A stretch of DNA of 63,391 bases, the filler included, from Babesia bigemina (Eukaryota): NCBI RefSeq assembly GCF_000981445.1. It is 8 parts of 8 records of this genome, joined end to end, with 100 filler letters (N's around TTAATTAATTAA, not from the genome) between each part and the next. Parts side by side here need not be neighbours in the genome. Positions count along the whole stretch, not along the records: positions 57,132 to 60,611 come from NW_012237228.1; positions 60,712 to 63,391 come from NW_012237232.1; 6 more parts are not named here. The stretch is one strand, 5' to 3'. A program made the translations under genes and the position numbers. Within the stretch, counting starts at the first letter, position 1, and every line of letters starts with the position of its first letter. The notes below the pieces were generated by a model, which was given only the letters and a program-made list of their open reading frames with translations, had not been told where the DNA came from and made no database searches. Below, one piece after another: positions 57,132-63,391 of this stretch.

Positions 57132-60100
57132 ACGTAGTATGTACGCACTCTATTTGGCTGTGATGCCTGGCTCGCACACCCGTCACCCTGCCGCCACCGC
57201 CGCCACGCCTACACCGCTGCGGACGGGCTCTGAGGCAGGCGGGTCGCGGGCACTGGCGGTGGCACCAGGCGTCATAAGACGACGATACTGTCATCGGAGC
57301 TGCCTGGCACCACACTTGCTGGCACTCGTCCAGCTGCTACCTGTGGATCCACCGCCGCCGGCACGCCTGGTGAGGGTCTGTGACGCCGGGTGGAGTCGCT
57401 GGGCGAGACATCGCCAGACCACGGCAGGCGCTGCGCAGCACATGATGTGACCTGGTGTCGCGGTATAGCTGCTCTATATGTCCCATCCACCGACACGCAT
57501 CCGGGCACTCCGGGAGCGCCGCCGCCGGCACGCCTGGGGAGGGTCTGTGACGCCGGGTGGAGTCGCTGGGTGTGACATCGCCAGACCGCGGCAGTGTCGC
57601 GATGGTGCCACATTGGTGTGGTTACGTGCCTGTGTTGCCTCCTACCCCAGCCCACATCCGCCCGTTGTGCCGGGCTCCGGTGCGTGACGCCTGCGGGCGG
57701 GGTGCCCGGACTGGGGGCTTGGCAGTCGAGGCACCGGAGGGATGGCAGCTAGGGCGCTGTAGTGAAGCAGTGTTAGTGGATGACAGCTTCGACGTGGTGT
57801 GGCGCAGTGCTTCCTGTGGTAGGCCTTGTCTGTCTGCCTCGCTCCACGACCCCGGCGCCGCGCAGCCGCCGTGTCAGCGGATACGGGGTCTAGCAGATAC
57901 CACAACTCAATGCACTGCCGGCACCTAATAGCTATAAGACGTAGTATGGTACGCACTCTATGTGGCTGTGATGGCCTGGCTCACACCACCCGTCACCCCG
58001 CCGCCACGCCTACACCGCTGGGCGGACGGCCTCTGAGGCAGGCGGGTCACGGGCACTGGCGGTGGCACCAGGCGTCATCAGACGACGATAGCTGTCATCA
58101 AAGCTGCCTGGCACCACACTTGCTACGATAACACTTGCTGGCACTCGACCAGCTGCCACCGGTGGATCCACCGCCGCCGGCACGCCTGGTGAGGGTCTGT
58201 GGCGCCGGGTGGAGTCACTGGGCGAGACATCGCCAGACCACGGCAGGCTGTGCGCAGCACACGATGTGACCTGGTGTCGCGGTATAGCTGCTCTATATGT
58301 CCCATCCACCGAAACGCATCCGGGCAGTCCGGGAGCGCCGCCGCCGGCACGCCTGCGGAGCCGCCACGGCCAACTGCAGCTGCGGCTGTACGGCACGCCA
58401 GACCCCGCCAGTGTCGCGCTCGTGCCACATTGGTGTGGTTACGTGCCTGTGTTGCCTCCCTACCCTGGCCCACATCCGCCCGTTGTGCCGGGCTCCGGTG
58501 CGTGACGCCTGCGGGCGGGGTGCCCGGACTGGGGGCTTGGCAGTCGAGGCACCGGAGGGATGGCAGCTAGGGCGCTGTAGTGAAGCAGTGTTAGTGGATG
58601 ACAGCTTCGACGTGGTGTGGCGCAGTGCTTCCTGTGGTAGGCCTTGTCTGTCTGCCTCGCTCCACGACCCCGGCGCCGCGCAGCCGCCGTGTCAGCGGAT
58701 ACGGGGTCTAGCAGATACCACAACTCAATGCACTGCCGGCACCTAATAGCTATAAGACGTAGTATGGTACGCACTCTATGTGGCTGTGATGGCCTGGCTC
58801 ACACCACCCGTCACCCCGCCGCCACGCCTACACCGCTGGGCGGACGGCCTCTGAGGCAGGCGGGTCACGGGCACTGGCGGTGGCACCAGGCGTCATCAGA
58901 CGACGATAGCTGTCATCAAAGCTGCCTGGCACCACACTTGCTACGATAACACTTGCTGGCACTCGACCAGCTGCCACCGGTGGATCCACCGCCGCCGGCA
59001 CGCCTGGTGAGGGTCTGTGGCGCCGGGTGGAGTCACTGGGCGAGACATCGCCAGACCACGGCAGGCTGTGCGCAGCACACGATGTGACCTGGTGTCGCGG
59101 TATAGCTGCTCTATATGTCCCATCCACCGAAACGCATCCGGGCAGTCCGGGAGCGCCGCCGCCGGCACGCCTGCGGAGCCGCCACGGCCAACTGCAGCTG
59201 CGGCTGTACGGCACGCCAGACCCCGCCAGTGTCGCGCTCGTGCCACATTGGTGTGGTTACGTGCCTGTGTTGCCTCCCTACTCTGGCCCACATCCGCCCG
59301 TTGTGCCGGGCTCCGGTGCGTGACGCCTGCGGGCGGGGTGCCCGGACTGGGGGCGTGGCAGTCGAGGCACCGGAGGTATGGCAGCTTGGGCGCCGCAGTG
59401 AAGCACTGCTGGCAGATGACAGATTGGACCAGGTTTGGCGCAGTGCTTCCTGTGGTAGGCCTTGTCTGTCTGCCTCGCTCAACGCCCGCCGGCGCCGCGC
59501 AGCCGCCTGTCAGCGGATACGGGGTCTAGCAGATACCACAACTAACCCCGCTACCGGCACTTGATAGCTATAAGACGTAGTATCGTACGCACTTTGATGT
59601 GGCTGTGATGGCCTGGCTCCCAACACCCGTCACCCTGCCGCCACCGCCGCCACGCCTACACCGCTGCGGACGGGCTCTGAGGCAGGCGGGTCGCGGGCAC
59701 TGGCGGTGGCACCAGGCGTCATAAGACGACGATACTGTCATCGGAGCTGCCTGGCACCACACTTGCTGAAATAACACTTGCTGGCACTCGTCCAGCTGCC
59801 ACCGGTGGATCCACCGCCGCCGGCACGCCTGGTGAGGGTCTGTGGCGCCGGGTGGAGTCGCTGGGCGAGACATCGCCAGACCACGGCAGGCGCTGCGCAG
59901 CACATGATGTGACCTGGTGTCGCGGTATAGCTGCTCTATATGTCCCATCCACCGACACGCATCCGGGCACTCCGGGAGCGCCGCCGCCGGCACGCCTGGT
60001 GAGGGTCTGTGACGCCGGGTGGAGTCGCTGGGTGTGACATCGCCAGACCGCGGCAGGCGCAGCGCAGCACATGATGTGACCTGGTGTCACCGTATAGCTG

Positions 60101-60611
60101 CCGTATATGTCCCATCCACCGACACGCATCCGGGCAGTCCGGGAGCGCCGCCGCCGGCACGCCTGCGGAGCCGCCACGGCCAACTGCAGCTGCGGCTGTA
60201 CGGCACGCCAGACCCCGCCAGTGTCGCGCTGGTGCCACATTGGTGTGGTTACGTGCCTGTGTTGCCTCCCTACCCCAGCTTACATCCGCCCGTTGTGCCG
60301 GGCTCCGGTGCGTGAGGTCTGCGGGCGGGGTGCCCGGACTGGGGGCTTGGCAGTCGAGGCACCAGAAGGATGGCAGTTAGGGCGCTCTAGTGAAGCAGTA
60401 TTAGTGGATGACAGCTTAGACGTAGTGCGGCGCAGTGCTGCGTGCTGTAGGCCGTGTCTGTCTGCCTCGCTCCACGCCCCCGGCGCCGCGCAGCCGCCGT
60501 GTCAGCGGATACGGGGCGTAGCAGATACCACAGCTCATTGCACTGCCGGCACTTAATAGCTATAGGACGTAGTATGGTACGCACTTCTATGTGGCTGTGA
60601 TGGCCTGGCTC
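57132..60611 (+). repeat. GC-rich macrosatellite, units 807/818/818/992 bp with an internal 167-bp subrepeat
   Basis: acgtagtat at 57132, 57939, 58757, 59575, 60567; ccgccgccggcacgcctg at 59814, 59981, 60148. Confidence 0.95.
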
Positions 60612-60711
60612 NNNNNNNNNNNNNNNNNNNNNNNNNNNNNNNNNNNNNNNNNNNNTTAATTAATTAANNNNNNNNNNNNNNNNNNNNNNNNNNNNNNNNN
60701 NNNNNNNNNNN

Positions 60712-61156
60712 CGCAGAATCAGCTTGAATTCGTTCTCCGCAGCCCATTACGCCCGGAGCCAATTTTAGTATTTACCTCATCTAGTACTTCATTAAGCTTC
60801 TTTTCAAGATGTTTATCATAAGTTGTCACTTCATTTTCGTTTTTCACCGCACCAAGCACACCACTCAAAAATCCCATCACTGCATCACACAGCCTATCCA
60901 AGTCAGAGTACACAATCCCCTGGCCAGTGTAGCCTTTGGTGTCAGCGTTGAAGCCGAGGAAGGTTTCGAGGCCATCACAAAAGTTATTAAGGATGTTAAC
61001 AGAGTTATTATTTGAGGTATTTTTAGGGTTTTAAATTTTGTCAAATTTCTTGCTAAGCTCCCTGAGCGGCACATGGTCAGGGCAGTGGCAAGAGGTGGAA
61101 GAGGGGAAGTGATGGGTGACAAGGGACAAGTTATTGCTATGGTTAATAGAGGTCAT
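60712..61156 (-). pseudogene. ves1: VESA1-like 5' part; leader ATG 61156 with in-frame TAA 61033-61031; rest in gap
   Basis: ..KFDKI*NPK..FCDGLETFLGF..YSDLDRLCDAVMGFL. Confidence 0.75.
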
Positions 61157-61185
61157 AGCGGTAATAAGGCGAAGTAATTCGAAGG

Positions 61186-61551
61186 ATGTAGAGTGGATTA
61201 GGGAGCGATGTAGAGTGGGTTAGGGAGCGATGTAGAGTGGATGAAGGGGCGATGTATAGTGGATAAAGGGGCGATGTAGAGTGGATAAAGGGGCGATGTA
61301 GAGTGGGTTAGAGAGCGATGTAGAGTGGGTTAGGGAGCGATGTAGAGTGGGTTAAGGGGCGATGTAGAGTGGATTAAGGGGCGATGTGGAGTGGGTAAGG
61401 GAGCGATGTAGAGTGGATAAAGGGGCGATGTAGAGTGGGTTAAGGGGCGATGTAGAGTGGGTTAGGGAGCGATGTAGAGTGGATAAAGGGGCGATGTAGA
61501 GTGGGTTAGGGAGCGATGTGGAGTGGGTTAAGGGGCGATGTGGAGTGGGTA
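61186..61551 (-). repeat. 22-bp array
   Basis: Same unit. Confidence 0.96.
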
Positions 61552-61579
61552 ATAATCACCACTTACGTCAGGTGCTTGG

Positions 61580-62774
61580 TCACCATGTCATCGCTGCCGT
61601 AAGCATGTCATCGCTGCCGTAACCATGTCATCGCTGTTGTAACCATGTCATCGCTGCCGTGTCCATGTCATCGCTGCCGTAGCCATTCCATCGCTGCCGT
61701 GACCATGTCATCGCTGCCGTGACCATGTCATCGCTGCCGTGACCATGTCATCGCTGCCGTGACCATGACATCGCTGCCGTGACCATTTCATCGCTGCCGT
61801 GACCATGTCATCGCTGCCGTAGCCATTCCATCGCTGCCGTGACCATGTCATCGCTGCCGTGACTATGTCATCGCTGCCGTGACCATGTCATCGCTGCCGT
61901 AGCCATTCCATCGCTGCCGTGACCATTTCATCGCTGCCGTGACCATGTCATCGCTGCCGTAGCCATTCCATCGCTGCCGTAGCCATTCCATCGCTGCCGT
62001 GACCATGTCATCGCTGCCGTAACCATTCCATCGCTGCCGTGACCATTTCATCGCTGCCGTGACCATGTCATCGCTGCCGTGACCATGTCATCGCTGCCGT
62101 GACCATGTCATCGCTGCCGTAACCATGTCATCGCTGCCGTGACCATGTCATCGCTGCCGTGTCCATGTCATCGCTGCCGTAACCATTTCATCGCTGCCGT
62201 GACCATGTCATCGCTGCCGTGACCATGTCATCGCTGCCGTGACCATTTCATCGCTGCCGTGACCATGTCATCGCTGCCGTGACCATGTCATCGCTGCCGT
62301 GACCATGTCATCGCTGCCGTGACCATGTCATCGCTGCCGTGACCATGTCATCGCTGCCGTGACCATGTCATCGCTGCCGTGACCATGTCATCGCTGCCGT
62401 GACCATGTCATCGCTGCCGTGACCATGTCATCGCTGCCGTACCTTTGTCATCGCTACTGTGTCCTTGTCATCGCTGCCGTGACCATGTCATCGCTGCCGT
62501 GACCATCAACTGTCATCGCTGCCGTGACCATTTCATCGCTGCAGTAACCATGTCATCGCTGCCGTGTCCATATCATCGCTGCCGTGACCATGTCATCGCT
62601 GCCGTGACCATGTCATCGCTGCCGTGACCATGTCATCGCTGCCTTGACCATGTCATCGCTGCCGTGACCATGTCATCGCTGCTGTGACCAGTCATCGCTG
62701 CCGTGACCATCAACTGTCACCGCTGCCGTGACCGTGTCATCGCTGCCGTGACCATGTCATCGCTGCCGTGACCA
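61580..62774 (-). repeat. 20-bp array (about 59 units)
   Basis: Same unit. Confidence 0.97.
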
Positions 62775-62778
62775 CTAA

Positions 62779-63010
62779 CCTGGTCAGGTGCTAGGTCACC
62801 ACTCTGGTCAGCACATTGGTCGACACGTTGGTCAGCACATTGGTCAACACTTAGGTCAACACGTTGGTCACCACTCTGGTCATGGCATTGGTCAACACTT
62901 TGGGCAGCATCTTGGTCACCACGTTGGTCATGACATTGGTCAACACGTTGGTCAGCACTCTGGTCAACACATTGGTCAACACTTTGGGAAGCATCTTGGT
63001 CAACACTTTA
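62779..63010 (-). repeat. 12-bp array
   Basis: Same unit. Confidence 0.93.
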
Positions 63011-63131
63011 GTTAACTATTACACAATCACATACAACGATAAATGAGTGATTCAAAACATTAGACAACAATTAGTTGTATAGGTGAGTAGGTGATGCTAG
63101 GTGAGTGTAGACAGTAAACACGTGAGTACGA

Positions 63132-63391
63132 TTATGGTTGCAGGTAAAACACCCTGTTAAGCTTGCTAACGCGTGCTTCGGCGAGTAGTGATTGAGCAGC
63201 AATCCTATGACTTGAGGGTGAGTGTAAGTGAGATTTGATGTGGAGCAGGTCGAGGCGGGTGACCATGATGTGGATGAGGTAGAGGAGAGAGAGGAGCCAG
63301 AGGGCGAGGGTTAAGGTCATGAAGGGGAAACGGATGGCAAGCAGGAAATCATCAATTTTGTAGAACATTGGAGTAGTACCGATTTTCATCG
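63132..63391 (-). CDS. ves1: VESA1-like C-terminus, tail type A (continues beyond window)
   Basis: IRFPFMTLTLALW..HIKSHLHSPSSHRIAAQ..RVFYLQP*. Confidence 0.85.
   Translation of the reverse strand, partial: MKIGTTPMFYKIDDFLLAIRFPFMTLTLALWLLSLLYLIHIMVTRLDLLHIKSHLHSPSSHRIAAQSLLAEARVSKLNRVFYLQP

Noticed and set aside
57139..60584. Many short GC-rich ORFs
   Set aside because: Overlapping in all frames and not consistently preserved between satellite units
1..63391. Autonomous retroelement explaining the 5' truncations
   Set aside because: No reverse transcriptase, integrase or endonuclease ORF, poly(A) tails or target-site duplications seen in the window

Overview
Eukaryotic apicomplexan DNA, almost certainly Babesia (B. 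bigemina/B. ovata type), from a variant-antigen archive. It is 8 contigs joined by seven 100-nt artificial linkers (N-TTAATTAATTAA-N), so order across gaps is unverified. The window holds about 10 ves1-like (VESA) genes or fragments, one divergent intact 1927-aa ves-like gene, small Cys-rich TM genes, tandem TM-tail fragments and a GC-rich ~818-bp macrosatellite. The main observation is a strict modular grammar of intergenic repeats. Tail type A (RVFYLQP) is followed by UTR-A, a 12-mer array, a 20-mer array, a fixed linker, a telomere-like 22-mer array and a conserved leader, then a variably 5'-truncated ves. Tail type B (AKISYLQP) is followed by UTR-B, a 24-mer array, a ~500-bp conserved element and a ~75-bp splice-signal repeat, then usually a Cys-rich gene. 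This resembles a cassette archive for gene conversion, analogous to trypanosome VSG 70-bp repeats and the 3' 16-mer. The 1927-aa gene carries 7 copies of NQGKK(A/V)EG, the core of the mammalian RRBP1/p180 decapeptide. Coordinates were read by eye; array edges are approximate to about 10 nt.
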